Part shown: piece after piece, positions 20,140-29,688 of the stretch
Numbering within the stretch: position 1 is the stretch's first letter
Layout of the letters: each line of letters opens with the position of its first letter
Virus record (IMG/VR): IMGVR_UViG_3300023184_009054
From: an uncultured virus (IMG/VR IMGVR_UViG_3300023184_009054)
Taxonomy: Duplodnaviria; Heunggongvirae; Uroviricota; Caudoviricetes
DNA: 64,000 nucleotides
Direction: 5' to 3' (one strand)
The notes under the pieces: model-generated
Databases searched by the model: none
Seen by the model: the letters and a program-made list of their open reading frames with translations, nothing else
What the model was told of the DNA's origin: nothing
Position numbers and translations under genes: made by a program

Positions 20140-21052
20140 TTTTACAATCCGTATTTTTCACAGTTTGACGCATGGAAATCAAAAACTTCTCTTTTAACTG
20201 CCTTACTCTTTCCTTTGTTATCTCCAACAAGCAACTTATTTCTTCGAGATTTTTTCTTTCTTTTCCATTAATGCCAAAATAATGTTCAATGATTAAAATC
20301 TGCCTGTTGATATCTCTTGTATTAAGTCTTTTTTTTGCAGTTTCAATAACACGATTGATAAATATTGCATTTTCTTTTTGATGCACTTCTGATGTAAGGA
20401 ATGTTTCTGCCGAATTTTGACTTTCTGTTTGATTATCATCAATGCTGTAGAACTCATTTTTTTTATTTTTTTTAAGGTTAATCATTCTGAAGAAGTTTTT
20501 ACGGAGAACCCAAACACAATATGTGCTAAACTTATTTCCAAGAGTGTAATTAAAATAATCAACAGATTTTATCACATCCATATAGGCATCTGACAAATAA
20601 TTATCCAGATTGCGTTTTTCTCTATAATTTTTAAAATCGTTTTTCAAAATGTGTGTCGCCAAACGAAAATTAGAACTTGCTATCTTGTTACGCAAATCAT
20701 ATATTTTAATTTGTAGATTTTCTATTTTTTTTATTTTTGTTTTAATCGATTTTTTGCAATTCAATTTTTCAATTAGATTTTTAGCTTTGAATTTAAAAAA
20801 GTTAAGTTGTTTGAAAAGATGATATTCTTGTTCCCTTGTAAGAAGTGGCTCTTCGTAACAAGGTCTCATTTCTGGTTGTTTGTTTGCGTTTCTAAGATTT
20901 AAAACCTTCTTTGACTCTAAATCAAATTTATGTTTGTCTGGTATATCGTCTAATATTTTTTCACTTGTAATCTTTTTATCAAAATCGACATGATGGAAAT
21001 ACTTTAAATTTGTCCTTAATATAGATTCTTTCCTTTCTTCAATCGCTTGCAT
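20129..21052 (-). CDS. RNA polymerase sigma-70 family factor
   Basis: PLLTREQEYHLFKQLNF (region 1.2), SNFRLA, DYFNYTLGNKFSTY..W (region 2), LEEIS..LEITKERVRQL (region 4.2). Confidence 0.92.
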   Translation of the reverse strand: MQAIEERKESILRTNLKYFHHVDFDKKITSEKILDDIPDKHKFDLESKKVLNLRNANKQPEMRPCYEEPLLTREQEYHLFKQLNFFKFKAKNLIEKLNCKKSIKTKIKKIENLQIKIYDLRNKIASSNFRLATHILKNDFKNYREKRNLDNYLSDAYMDVIKSVDYFNYTLGNKFSTYCVWVLRKNFFRMINLKKNKKNEFYSIDDNQTESQNSAETFLTSEVHQKENAIFINRVIETAKKRLNTRDINRQILIIEHYFGINGKERKNLEEISCLLEITKERVRQLKEKFLISMRQTVKNTDCKNVL

Positions 21053-21128
21053 TTTTAAACCTCTAAATTATAAAAATAAACATAAAATTATTTTAAATTA
21101 TAAATTTAAATATTGCAAGATAAATCTA

Positions 21129-21455
21129 TTACAAATCTTCCATTTCCTTTTTTATTTTATTTCGTACAAGATCGGCAGATGATTCTAGTATACTTATAGA
21201 TAAGGCTGGAGGTATATTAAAGCAATCTACCAATATTCCATTAGTAGATGTTTTTATTATAATTAAAGGTGTTTCACGATTTTTAATTTCTTCAAAAAAC
21301 TGATCCATGGTAGCCAATTCTAGATATTCTTGCAATGTTTTATGCTGATATGATTTGAGTTTTCTATTTTCTGTTATTAGAATTGAAAGTAACAAATATC
21401 CAATCGATATGCCAAATACGAATAATGCTATAAGAACTGTTAGTAAAACTTCCAT
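21129..21455 (-). CDS. Membrane-anchored hypothetical protein
   Basis: N-terminal TM. Confidence 0.6.
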   Translation of the reverse strand: MEVLLTVLIALFVFGISIGYLLLSILITENRKLKSYQHKTLQEYLELATMDQFFEEIKNRETPLIIIKTSTNGILVDCFNIPPALSISILESSADLVRNKIKKEMEDL

Positions 21456-21458
21456 CGA

Positions 21459-21878
21459 TCACCTTATGGGCCAAAACAATCCAGCTTCTTTACACTGGCT
21501 TACATCTTTTTGATAAAAATAAGCTTCGGCAGTCTTTCTGTATAATTTAGTAAGCGTTTCACTAAAAAGTGGCAAATTCACAATTGTTATTTCATCCAAT
21601 AAAATTTCACACCTTTGAAAAACATTGTATTCCACCCCTTCAATGTCATCTAAAACACGCAAACATTCTGTATCCACTTCGTATAATTCCCCATATATTT
21701 TTTTACCAGCAAATTCATCTTTCGATTCGACCAAACATGGGTACGAAATCGTTCTAAACATAGAATATTGTCCGATTGTTTTAGCAATTCCTATGTATCT
21801 TTGCTCTTCTAAAATAGAATGCCTTGAATGGCCATTTTTTAAGGTTCCATAAACAAAGACCAAATGATAATCTTCCAT
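21459..21878 (-). CDS. Gamma-glutamylcyclotransferase (AIG2/YtfP-like)
   Basis: VFVYGTLK, YPCL, GELYEV...LDDIEG. Confidence 0.9.
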   Translation of the reverse strand: MEDYHLVFVYGTLKNGHSRHSILEEQRYIGIAKTIGQYSMFRTISYPCLVESKDEFAGKKIYGELYEVDTECLRVLDDIEGVEYNVFQRCEILLDEITIVNLPLFSETLTKLYRKTAEAYFYQKDVSQCKEAGLFWPIR

Positions 21879-21884
21879 AATTAA

Positions 21885-22391
21885 CTACCTTTCAATAAGA
21901 CTTACTTTATGCTCATAAAAAGACAAACAAAAATTACAAATTAGTTCGTGATTATAATTTTTATTTTCCATAAAATTATAAACGAGCCATTTGGCATATA
22001 TTCTGCGAACCTGTTCCCAAAAAGTTTGAGGTGCGAATATAAAACCAACATCATAAACAAGCCTTTCTTGAAAATATTCATAGAAATAAACTTGTTTTAA
22101 AATGTTTACTATCGGTAAAACCAATAGTTTTTTATCTTCTTGAAAAACTTCATCAACAACAATCCTATCTTTAAAGTCGATATTTTTTATGTCTTTGTAC
22201 GAATCTGTTAATATCACAGGACCTTTTGTAAAACTTAGTGTCTTGTAAATATCATCCGCTATTGCTGGTATTCCTTCGATTTCTAAAATCGAAGGGCCAA
22301 CACCAAGAATGGCAACTTCGTGACCTTCATCCTTATATTGATTCATCCAACTATAAGACTTATCTTTTTTATAAATACTATATATTTTCAT
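21885..22391 (-). CDS. Hypothetical protein (possible degenerate GT-A fold)
   Basis: 168 aa; ILTDS, YDVGFIF. Confidence 0.55.
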   Translation of the reverse strand: MKIYSIYKKDKSYSWMNQYKDEGHEVAILGVGPSILEIEGIPAIADDIYKTLSFTKGPVILTDSYKDIKNIDFKDRIVVDEVFQEDKKLLVLPIVNILKQVYFYEYFQERLVYDVGFIFAPQTFWEQVRRIYAKWLVYNFMENKNYNHELICNFCLSFYEHKVSLIER

Positions 22392-22421
22392 GTTTTTGTA
22401 CCACTTGTGTTATTGTATTTT

Positions 22422-23675
22422 TCAAACATTTTTAACTAACATCTCATCAATTGTGATCGAATTAGTATCATTGTCGGAAGCATTGAACATTATGTCGCTC
22501 ATAAAATTTTCAACAACCGACCTCAAAGCTCTTGCTCCTGTTCCTTTTTTAAATGCCACATTTGCAATTTCTTTTATTGCCCCATCAGTAAATTTCAAGT
22601 CAATATCATCATAAAAAAATAATTTTTGATATTGTTTTAAAATTGAATTTTTAGGTTCAGTCAAAATTGAAATTAAATGGCCTTCAGTCATATGATCTAA
22701 AGCGACCTGTATTGGCAACCTTCCTACGAACTCAGGTATCATTCCATATTCTATAAAGTCTTCATCAGTAACGCTTTTAAGAATTTCATGATCTAAATTT
22801 TCAATATCTGGTGAATTTGCAAATCCAATTTTACTTTTGCCAATTCTTCTTCTGATTGTATCTTCAATACCAACAAAAGTTCCGCCACATATAAAAAGTA
22901 TGTTTGATGTATCGACTTGTATAAAGTGTTGCTCTGGATGTTTTCTTCCGCCTTGAGGGGGAACATTACAAACTGTTCCTTCTATTATTTTAAGAAGTGA
23001 TTGCTGAACTCCTTCTCCACTCACATCTCTTGTTATTGACATGTTCTTTGATGTTTTAGCTATTTTGTCTATTTCATCGATGTAAATGATTCCCATTTGT
23101 GCTTTGTTGACATCATAATTTGTTTCACGGAGAAGTTTGACTATAAGATTTTCAACATCTTCTCCAACATAACCAGCCTGGGTAAGAACAGTAGCATCTC
23201 CGATGGCAAATGGAACTCCAAGAAATTTGGCCAAAGTTTTTGCGAGTAATGTTTTTCCACAACCTGTCGGCCCTAGAAATAAGATGTTGGATTTTTCTAT
23301 CGTAACATCTTGAAGTTTTTTTGGAATTTTCAATTGGTTGGTCTTATCGTTTATGCGTTTATAATGGTTACAAACAGCAATTGCCAACAGTCTTTTTGCT
23401 CGATCTTGACCTATAACATGTTGATCTAAAAATTCAACAACCTTTTTAGGACTAATCTTCTCGGAAAATTGAATTTCTTTTTTTGATTTTGGCAAATCTT
23501 TAAAATCACTGGGGTTTGCAGTGGACAAAGATATATGCATTACATTTATACAACTAGAACAAATGTAAGCCTTATCGCCTTTTTTTCTTCCATTTCTTGG
23601 CCTTGATAATGATGAACCCTCAACAATAACACCATCATTTTTTTCACAAAAATCACAATAAAAAACCTTAGACAT
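22422..23675 (-). CDS. clpX: ATP-dependent Clp protease ATP-binding subunit ClpX
   Basis: C4 Zn finger, [50 protein letters not shown] loop, TGARALR. Confidence 0.97.
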   Translation of the reverse strand: MSKVFYCDFCEKNDGVIVEGSSLSRPRNGRKKGDKAYICSSCINVMHISLSTANPSDFKDLPKSKKEIQFSEKISPKKVVEFLDQHVIGQDRAKRLLAIAVCNHYKRINDKTNQLKIPKKLQDVTIEKSNILFLGPTGCGKTLLAKTLAKFLGVPFAIGDATVLTQAGYVGEDVENLIVKLLRETNYDVNKAQMGIIYIDEIDKIAKTSKNMSITRDVSGEGVQQSLLKIIEGTVCNVPPQGGRKHPEQHFIQVDTSNILFICGGTFVGIEDTIRRRIGKSKIGFANSPDIENLDHEILKSVTDEDFIEYGMIPEFVGRLPIQVALDHMTEGHLISILTEPKNSILKQYQKLFFYDDIDLKFTDGAIKEIANVAFKKGTGARALRSVVENFMSDIMFNASDNDTNSITIDEMLVKNV

Positions 23676-23703
23676 TTACCAATCCTCCATGAAATAAAAA
23701 AAC

Positions 23704-23732
23704 ATTATACCATGAACATTAACATCAATCAA
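23704..23732 (-). promoter_or_regulatory. Sigma70-type promoter of clpX
   Basis: TTGATT-N17-TATAAT with TGG extended -10; SD GGAGG downstream. Confidence 0.75.
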
Positions 23733-23735
23733 TAT

Positions 23736-24494
23736 TTAAGATTTAAAGAATCTATGAGACCATCTTTTTTTTATAATTTCATGATTACGAGTAAAGCTAG
23801 ACTCACAGTCAATAGTCTTCATGACCTCTTTAATCGTTTTGTTCTCATGATGAATTACCAATCCAAGATGTAAAGCGTAAATTCTTTCCTTAAATTCTGT
23901 CAGTCTCAAAGAAAAGTCACTGTCTTCACAATAGGCAAAACGCAAATGCTCTTCGTCAAACAAACCATATTTTTCATAGGTAAATCTAGGAATACAAAAG
24001 CACCAACCGCAAATGTAATCTATATCGCTTCCAAAATTAAAAATTGTTCCTTTGCCAGATTCGTTTATTTTTCCTCCAAGATATCCAACTTGTGCATAGC
24101 CATGTTGTTGGATTTGACCAATCATTGCCTTGTCCCAATTTGGTAATACCTCGGTATCAGAATTTAATAAAATTGCATATGGATTTTTAGAGATTTTCAT
24201 TAATTCATTGTTTGGTATAATGAAGCCAATGTTTTGATCATGATGAGAGCAAATTATGTCTTTTTGACTTTCTATCCAACTTTTTGTTTCTTGATCTGAA
24301 TTATTATTCCAAATATAAATTTGATAATTTTTTGTATTTCTTCTAATTGATTCAACACATTTTTTAAGATAAAAAAGCTGATTGTGTACAATTATCAAAA
24401 TGTCTTTGGAAACATCTTGGTAATTTGACATGCAATCCAACTCTGCTAGAATCTTTTGACTGTATCTTTCGATTCTAAATATGACATCATTCAT
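23736..24494 (-). CDS. Glycosyltransferase family 2
   Basis: IIVHN, NIGF, LLNSD, GLFDE, EDSDFSLR. Confidence 0.9.
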   Translation of the reverse strand: MNDVIFRIERYSQKILAELDCMSNYQDVSKDILIIVHNQLFYLKKCVESIRRNTKNYQIYIWNNNSDQETKSWIESQKDIICSHHDQNIGFIIPNNELMKISKNPYAILLNSDTEVLPNWDKAMIGQIQQHGYAQVGYLGGKINESGKGTIFNFGSDIDYICGWCFCIPRFTYEKYGLFDEEHLRFAYCEDSDFSLRLTEFKERIYALHLGLVIHHENKTIKEVMKTIDCESSFTRNHEIIKKRWSHRFFKS

Positions 24495-24505
24495 ATACCA
24501 ATTAT

Positions 24506-24538
24506 AAAAAAAAAGCGTAGAAAAATCTACGCTTTTTT
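24506..24538. terminator. Bidirectional intrinsic terminator
   Basis: A9-GCGTAGA-aaaa-TCTACGC-T6. Confidence 0.85.
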
Positions 24539-24554
24539 AAAATTAATATGTGAA

Positions 24555-24878
24555 TTAATTTTTCAATTCTTTTAACAAATTGATAAACTCAAGCAATTTA
24601 TCAATTCCGCCAACCTTTTGGGCAAAACTTCTAAGCTCGATCAAAATAGAACCATAATTTTGCAAATCAATTGGATTGTTTTCTTCTTGATTTAATTTTC
24701 CAATCTCTTTGGAGCGTATGGCATAAATATTAACTTTTTTTATGTCAATATTTAAATCCTTAAGCCTTTGTATCATTGTATCCTTCCAATCTTTTGGTGG
24801 ATTTTCTGATACGGCTCCAATTTCTTGCAAAAGTTGCCTAACTATTTTGCTTTTATTTCCAACAGTGTCTTTTTGCAT
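24555..24878 (-). CDS. Small putative DNA-binding protein
   Basis: NKSKIVRQLL...FAQKVGGIDK; resembles a small planctomycete family from memory; start reassigned (SD AGGTGG). Confidence 0.6.
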   Translation of the reverse strand: MQKDTVGNKSKIVRQLLQEIGAVSENPPKDWKDTMIQRLKDLNIDIKKVNIYAIRSKEIGKLNQEENNPIDLQNYGSILIELRSFAQKVGGIDKLLEFINLLKELKN

Positions 24879-24885
24879 GTTCCAC

Positions 24886-25356
24886 CTATACTGCAAAATA
24901 CAAGATTTCGCCATTATCTCTTTTTTGCTTAAGGTCTTTTGCTTTGACCAATTTGTTTACTGCTTGATAAACATTATTGGCAAAGTTTTTAGCATCGCTC
25001 TTGTAGCCAAGCTTTTGAGCTACACCAGCTATTTCTTTCAAAGATATTGGTTCTTTTGACTCATATATAATTTTACACACTAAAGCACCCAAAGACATGG
25101 GCTTGTCATTTTTTGTGACAATTTCTTTTTTTGCCTTATTGTGCAATTTTGGATTAGAAGCAGGTAATTTATCTTCCTGATTGCATGACTCCAAAACTTG
25201 CGATTTTGAGAAAACTGCCGTTGTTGAAGCTCCATTTGAAAGAGATGCCAATCTACTTTCAAAAACTGTAACTTCTTCAAGCTTGGAAATAATCCCATCA
25301 ATAAATTCTCGCTGTTGTTTGAGAGCAGCGATTCTCTCCAGTGTATTAACTGACAT
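24886..25356 (-). CDS. Coiled-coil plus winged-helix DNA-binding protein
   Basis: C-terminal SLGALVCKII...PISLKEIA...GYKS...NNVYQAVNKL; SD GGAG. Confidence 0.7.
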   Translation of the reverse strand: MSVNTLERIAALKQQREFIDGIISKLEEVTVFESRLASLSNGASTTAVFSKSQVLESCNQEDKLPASNPKLHNKAKKEIVTKNDKPMSLGALVCKIIYESKEPISLKEIAGVAQKLGYKSDAKNFANNVYQAVNKLVKAKDLKQKRDNGEILYFAV

Positions 25357-25571
25357 TAGAAACTCCATAAGCAAAGTCATTTTTGTAATTGATCATAAAG
25401 CCATGACTAAATCCTTACGATCATTTGTCTACAATTTAACTTACTGAAATGTTTCGTCATCGTAAAGAGATTTAATAAAAATTATTTATATGATTTAAAA
25501 AATAGTCATACAAGCTATTTTATCATTAGGCTGTAAATCGCAATTAATATTCGTAATAAAAGGAATTAAAC

Positions 25572-25757
25572 ATGCTTGTACTTAGTAGAAAAAAAGATGA
25601 AAAAATTATACTAAAGTGTCCTGATATGGCCGACATAATGATAACCATTGTTAGGATTGACAACAAAAATAGAGTACGCATTGGGATCGAAGCCGATAAA
25701 GACATAACTGTTCTACGATCTGAATTAGATCGACCAATCACAAATAGCAACGATTAG
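25572..25757 (+). CDS. csrA: Carbon storage regulator CsrA, divergent copy 1
   Basis: MLVLSRK..E.I.L...I.I.IV....RVRIGIEA...I.VLRSEL. Confidence 0.9.
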   Translation: MLVLSRKKDEKIILKCPDMADIMITIVRIDNKNRVRIGIEADKDITVLRSELDRPITNSND

Positions 25758-26034
25758 AAATTTTTATTTTTTGCAAATACTTTAAAAATTCTTCATGCGA
25801 ATACGATTCCACGATAACTTTATCAGAAATCAAATCTGCTTCAGATTCGGATAAGGATAGTTTGCTTTTTAATTTTTCGATAGTGTAGTTCTTTTTTCTA
25901 GCAATCCAAGCTGCCGATAGCAGTCTAGATTGATTACTAGAATCAAATAAATTAGAACAAGAAGTGCAAATGCAAATTCCATCCACTAGTGGATGGGATA
26001 GACTTTGACCGCAATTAGGACAGACATAAATCAT
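25738..26034 (-). CDS. Zn-ribbon plus HTH protein
   Basis: CPNC...CTSC; CATAAATA 8 nt upstream. Confidence 0.65.
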   Translation of the reverse strand: MIYVCPNCGQSLSHPLVDGICICTSCSNLFDSSNQSRLLSAAWIARKKNYTIEKLKSKLSLSESEADLISDKVIVESYSHEEFLKYLQKIKISNRCYL

Positions 26035-26059
26035 CTCAATAATATTTATGCTGTAAAAG

Positions 26060-26090
26060 AAAAAACCCCATCATAAAGATGGGGTTTTTT
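26060..26090. terminator. Bidirectional intrinsic terminator
   Basis: A6-CCCCATC-ataaa-GATGGGG-T6. Confidence 0.9.
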
Positions 26091-26105
26091 CAAAATAAAG
26101 AATTT

Positions 26106-27344
26106 CTACTTCTTATCTTGCTTGGAAAAACACTTTTTTAAGACTTTGTAACAGTTTTCTTCACCATCATGTATAGCCTTGGCTATTCTGATGGCCACCA
26201 TTACAACATCTTTCTTTGGAACCTGCTTAGGTATGTTGAACAAAGGCTCTTCTTCAAGACAATTTGCATCATTTTTGTAAACCTTGGTAAGATATCGAAT
26301 ATAATTTTCTTCTATTATTTGCTGCTTTAACGCCTTTGGTTTGGATTCTTCAATATCCTCACCATTTACCACCTTTGAAGCAGCATCAATATCTTTTCCC
26401 TTCGTTGAGTTTTTATTTTCACGCTGACGAGAAACAGCATCTGAAACCTTTAAATTAGCCACATCCAAATTAGCCTGTGCAATTTCGATCTCAACTTCAT
26501 CGTTTTGATCTGCCAATTGAATTTCTACTTCGGCAATTTGCTTTTCCTTAGTAGCTCTATTCAATCTTCGAGAATCACGCATGGTTTTCTGTTCATTTCG
26601 ACTTTCTGCAATTTCATTCGCAGTTTCACGAATTTCATTTCTTTCTTCAACATCGTCAATTTCTGATAATTTTATCGCAGCAAGCCTATTTATTCTACCT
26701 TCGAGCAAGTCATTCAAGGTAGAAGAATCAAGTCTTTTTACGAGGTGATCAGTATCACGAAGCCAAAGCTTGTTTTTTTGAAGAATGCTCAAAATTTGGT
26801 CATCTGTGGCCTTGAATTTACGCAATTCCATCAATAAGGCAACATCATGACCATCATTTAAATTCTTACGACAAGCATTTTCCGAATATGAATATGCCAA
26901 AGCATCAAGATCGCTCTCAGCATTATAAATCTGGCATATCACATCTTTATAAACTTCGTCAGCAACCTTCCAAGCATATTCTTCTTTTCCATTATCGCCC
27001 TCAATAATACAAGATGGATCTCTAACCATCTCATGCTTTTGTATTAATTGCGACAAAGCACGATACCTTCTATCTCCACCAACCAATTGGATTGATTTAG
27101 TTTCTTGGATATAGCGACAAATCAAAGGAACCATCATGGTTTTATTTTTAATGTCCTCTTTCAAAATCTTTGAAAGATCCGCATCAATAAGATCATTCTG
27201 GCCAGATTCAGTTATCAATCTAGGATTATAAAATTGATAATTACCTGCTGATTGATCGGCTTCTGGCACTTCAATCAAATTAAAAGGTACTAAGAACAAA
27301 GTTCCATGAAGATTCTTAACACTTTGGGGTAAATCAAAAGACAT
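26106..27344 (-). CDS. ParB/Srx-like N-terminal domain protein with coiled-coil C-terminus
   Basis: NPR, PLI, LVGGDRRYRA, SENACRKNL; start reassigned to MSFDL (SD AAGGAG). Confidence 0.8.
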   Translation of the reverse strand: MSFDLPQSVKNLHGTLFLVPFNLIEVPEADQSAGNYQFYNPRLITESGQNDLIDADLSKILKEDIKNKTMMVPLICRYIQETKSIQLVGGDRRYRALSQLIQKHEMVRDPSCIIEGDNGKEEYAWKVADEVYKDVICQIYNAESDLDALAYSYSENACRKNLNDGHDVALLMELRKFKATDDQILSILQKNKLWLRDTDHLVKRLDSSTLNDLLEGRINRLAAIKLSEIDDVEERNEIRETANEIAESRNEQKTMRDSRRLNRATKEKQIAEVEIQLADQNDEVEIEIAQANLDVANLKVSDAVSRQRENKNSTKGKDIDAASKVVNGEDIEESKPKALKQQIIEENYIRYLTKVYKNDANCLEEEPLFNIPKQVPKKDVVMVAIRIAKAIHDGEENCYKVLKKCFSKQDKK

Positions 27345-27609
27345 AGAAAAAACTCCTTGATAGAGAGATGATGACTTCCATTCCAAGGCAAAAATTATCA
27401 GAAATTAAAATCCCTGTCAATAGGCTTACGACAACAATTTAAATAATTTTTTTCGCAATACATATGACCCAAATTATCCAAACCAACCAAACTTCATATT
27501 TTAAAAAATGAAAGATAATTATGGCTACTTTAGACTTAGTTGGAATAATTAACTTCATAGCATCAATTTATTTTCGTTTTTTCAACAAAAATAAATTGAT
27601 TATTTAATT

Positions 27610-27792
27610 TTATATTTTATTGGCGTTAAATTTTTCGGAAAAATCATTGATTAGATTGAATTCTTTTGGTTCTTTTACTTTAAAAACAAAACCATTACAA
27701 TGATTGCAAATAACATTGAAATCATTGTCGATTAAATAATTATGATCTTTCAAAAACTTTTTACAATGTGGACAACTTCTTGCTTTTGGCAT
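27610..27792 (-). CDS. Small Zn-ribbon protein
   Basis: CPHC...CNHC. Confidence 0.6.
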   Translation of the reverse strand: MPKARSCPHCKKFLKDHNYLIDNDFNVICNHCNGFVFKVKEPKEFNLINDFSEKFNANKI

Positions 27793-27961
27793 CTATTTCA
27801 CCTAATTTGATGGCATCATAAACTTCTTGCCTGTGGACAGGTATCTCACTTGGAGCTTCTATGCCTATTCTAACTTTACCCCTGCCAACCTCTACAACGG
27901 TAATAACAATATTATTGTTTATCACAAGACTCTCATTGATTTTTCTCGATAGTATCAGCAT
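27761..27961 (-). CDS. csrA: Carbon storage regulator CsrA, canonical copy 2
   Basis: MLILSRKINESLVI...KVRIGIEAP..IPVHRQEVY. Confidence 0.97.
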   Translation of the reverse strand: MLILSRKINESLVINNNIVITVVEVGRGKVRIGIEAPSEIPVHRQEVYDAIKLGEIDAKSKKLSTL

Positions 27962-28042
27962 TTCATATCTTCCTTGAAAAAATAAATTGACCTTTGATTA
28001 CTATAATTTAAATTTCAAGTAAAAACAAGACTTAATCAAAAC

Positions 28043-28073
28043 AAAAAAAGGCAGCAGGTAATCCTGCCGCCTT
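28043..28073 (-). terminator. Intrinsic terminator
   Basis: GGCGGCAGG-atta-CCTGCTGCC-T7 on minus strand. Confidence 0.85.
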
Positions 28074-28092
28074 ATCAAAATATACATTTTGA

Positions 28093-28254
28093 TTAGACGA
28101 ATAAAGCTTGGCTACAAACTGTAATTGCAGCTACATAAGCACCAGAACGACCATTGCAGGTGCCAGAAGCAATGTTTGCTCTGCTACACTGAGGGTAAAA
28201 AAATCTCCAAGTAATATTCGTATATGTTGAATCACTTTTTTTGCAGCGAAACAT
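28093..28254 (-). CDS. 53-aa Cys-containing small protein (absent from ORF track)
   Basis: MFRCKKSDSTYTNITWRFFYPQCSRANIASGTCNGRSGAYVAAITVCSQALFV; SD GGAGG; followed by terminator. Confidence 0.75.
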   Translation of the reverse strand: MFRCKKSDSTYTNITWRFFYPQCSRANIASGTCNGRSGAYVAAITVCSQALFV

Positions 28255-28287
28255 AATTCCTCCATTTTATAAAATGAGAAGCGAAAT

Positions 28288-29115
28288 TCAGACAACAATA
28301 TTTAGAGTTGATAAATATTTATTTAAAGAATCTTTAAAAGCATCATGGTCTTTTCGCAAAATTTCTTTCGATTCTGATGATAATGTGCTTATAGTTCCTT
28401 TACCATCATGATGAATCCAGCTATTTCCAGCTATAGCTTGTTTAAAACCATTTTTATTCATGTTCAATGCATACTCTTGTGATTCACATCCAGCATACTT
28501 GTACTCTTGAAAATAACCAGAAAATTTAAACAAATCTCTATGACAAATTGAACAAAACATTGGAAGATATTCATTAATGTTCAAAATATAATCATCTGAC
28601 TTTTGTTCTTTTTTTGTCTCAAGATGCCTAAGATCATCATTGAAACAATTACTTCTGGCAGATACCATCTTTACATTTTTAGATTTTAATCTTTTTAAGC
28701 ACGATCCAATGTTTGTCAGCCAATTTGTATCATCTGGGAGGACATCAGAGTGCAAAATGCATACATATGGAATCCATGGATTATTTGAATTTTTTAATGC
28801 ATAATTTACAGCAGCACCAAACCCTTGATTCTCTTCTTTTTGCAAGCAATTGAGTCCGGCAATTTTCTTCTTAGATAAATCTTTTATGAATGATTTGTTT
28901 TTTGAACCATCATCAACCAATGTCACTTGATACCTATTTGTTCTTATAGTCGAAAAAATTGCTTCCAACAATTTTGCAACAGAAGAATAAGTGTTGTAGA
29001 AAGGAATAATAATTTCTACAGATTTCATATTTCTTGGATCTATGCTAGAAAAACCATCCATTGCAATATCATATTTTGTAACCTTCTCTTTTTCTTCTGT
29101 TTCTAAATCATCCAT
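28288..29115 (-). CDS. Glycosyltransferase family 2
   Basis: IIIPFYN, LVDDGS, NQGFGAAVN, ILHSD. Confidence 0.85.
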   Translation of the reverse strand: MDDLETEEKEKVTKYDIAMDGFSSIDPRNMKSVEIIIPFYNTYSSVAKLLEAIFSTIRTNRYQVTLVDDGSKNKSFIKDLSKKKIAGLNCLQKEENQGFGAAVNYALKNSNNPWIPYVCILHSDVLPDDTNWLTNIGSCLKRLKSKNVKMVSARSNCFNDDLRHLETKKEQKSDDYILNINEYLPMFCSICHRDLFKFSGYFQEYKYAGCESQEYALNMNKNGFKQAIAGNSWIHHDGKGTISTLSSESKEILRKDHDAFKDSLNKYLSTLNIVV

Positions 29116-29638
29116 TTTTAATCTCCTTTGTAATATCTTTCAAAATAGAATTAAAATAATTCATTTCTAAAATGCAGTAATAATTTGATTTTTTATCTTC
29201 TACGGCTTCTTGAAGTTCTTTCGAGTTATGGGAAAATTCAAGAACATGAACAGAACAATTGAAATCTTTATCTTCATTCATTCTTAAAATGTTTTTGTAT
29301 GCATAAGTTTTATTAGGTTTGAATTTATTAGTACAAACAAAAATAATTTTTTTGCAGTCCTCTTGAGATCCAACACCAAATAAAGTATCTCTAAATAATT
29401 TTTCAAATAAATCAGTATCTTTTATTTTATAAGAATTTAATTGAGCTAAACCTTCTGCATGAGTGTTCGGCAACTTGGAATTTCCAGAAACATAAAGTTT
29501 TGAACTGGCTCCTATATTTGAAAAAAAATCCATAAATGTTTTTTTTATAAATTTAAGTCCAGAATCTTTATTGTATGTGAAATCATGTATGTCAAAAACA
29601 ATTCCAACATATATCTGTTTTTCAAATCCTTCAATCAT
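29108..29638 (-). CDS. Hypothetical (possible degenerate VWA fold)
   Basis: VGIVFD...KKIIFVCTN alpha/beta pattern without MIDAS residues. Confidence 0.5.
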   Translation of the reverse strand: MIEGFEKQIYVGIVFDIHDFTYNKDSGLKFIKKTFMDFFSNIGASSKLYVSGNSKLPNTHAEGLAQLNSYKIKDTDLFEKLFRDTLFGVGSQEDCKKIIFVCTNKFKPNKTYAYKNILRMNEDKDFNCSVHVLEFSHNSKELQEAVEDKKSNYYCILEMNYFNSILKDITKEIKNG

Positions 29639-29688
29639 TTTTGCTCCCCATTATACTATTTAATAGTAGAGAAACAAAGGAGTAAAAA

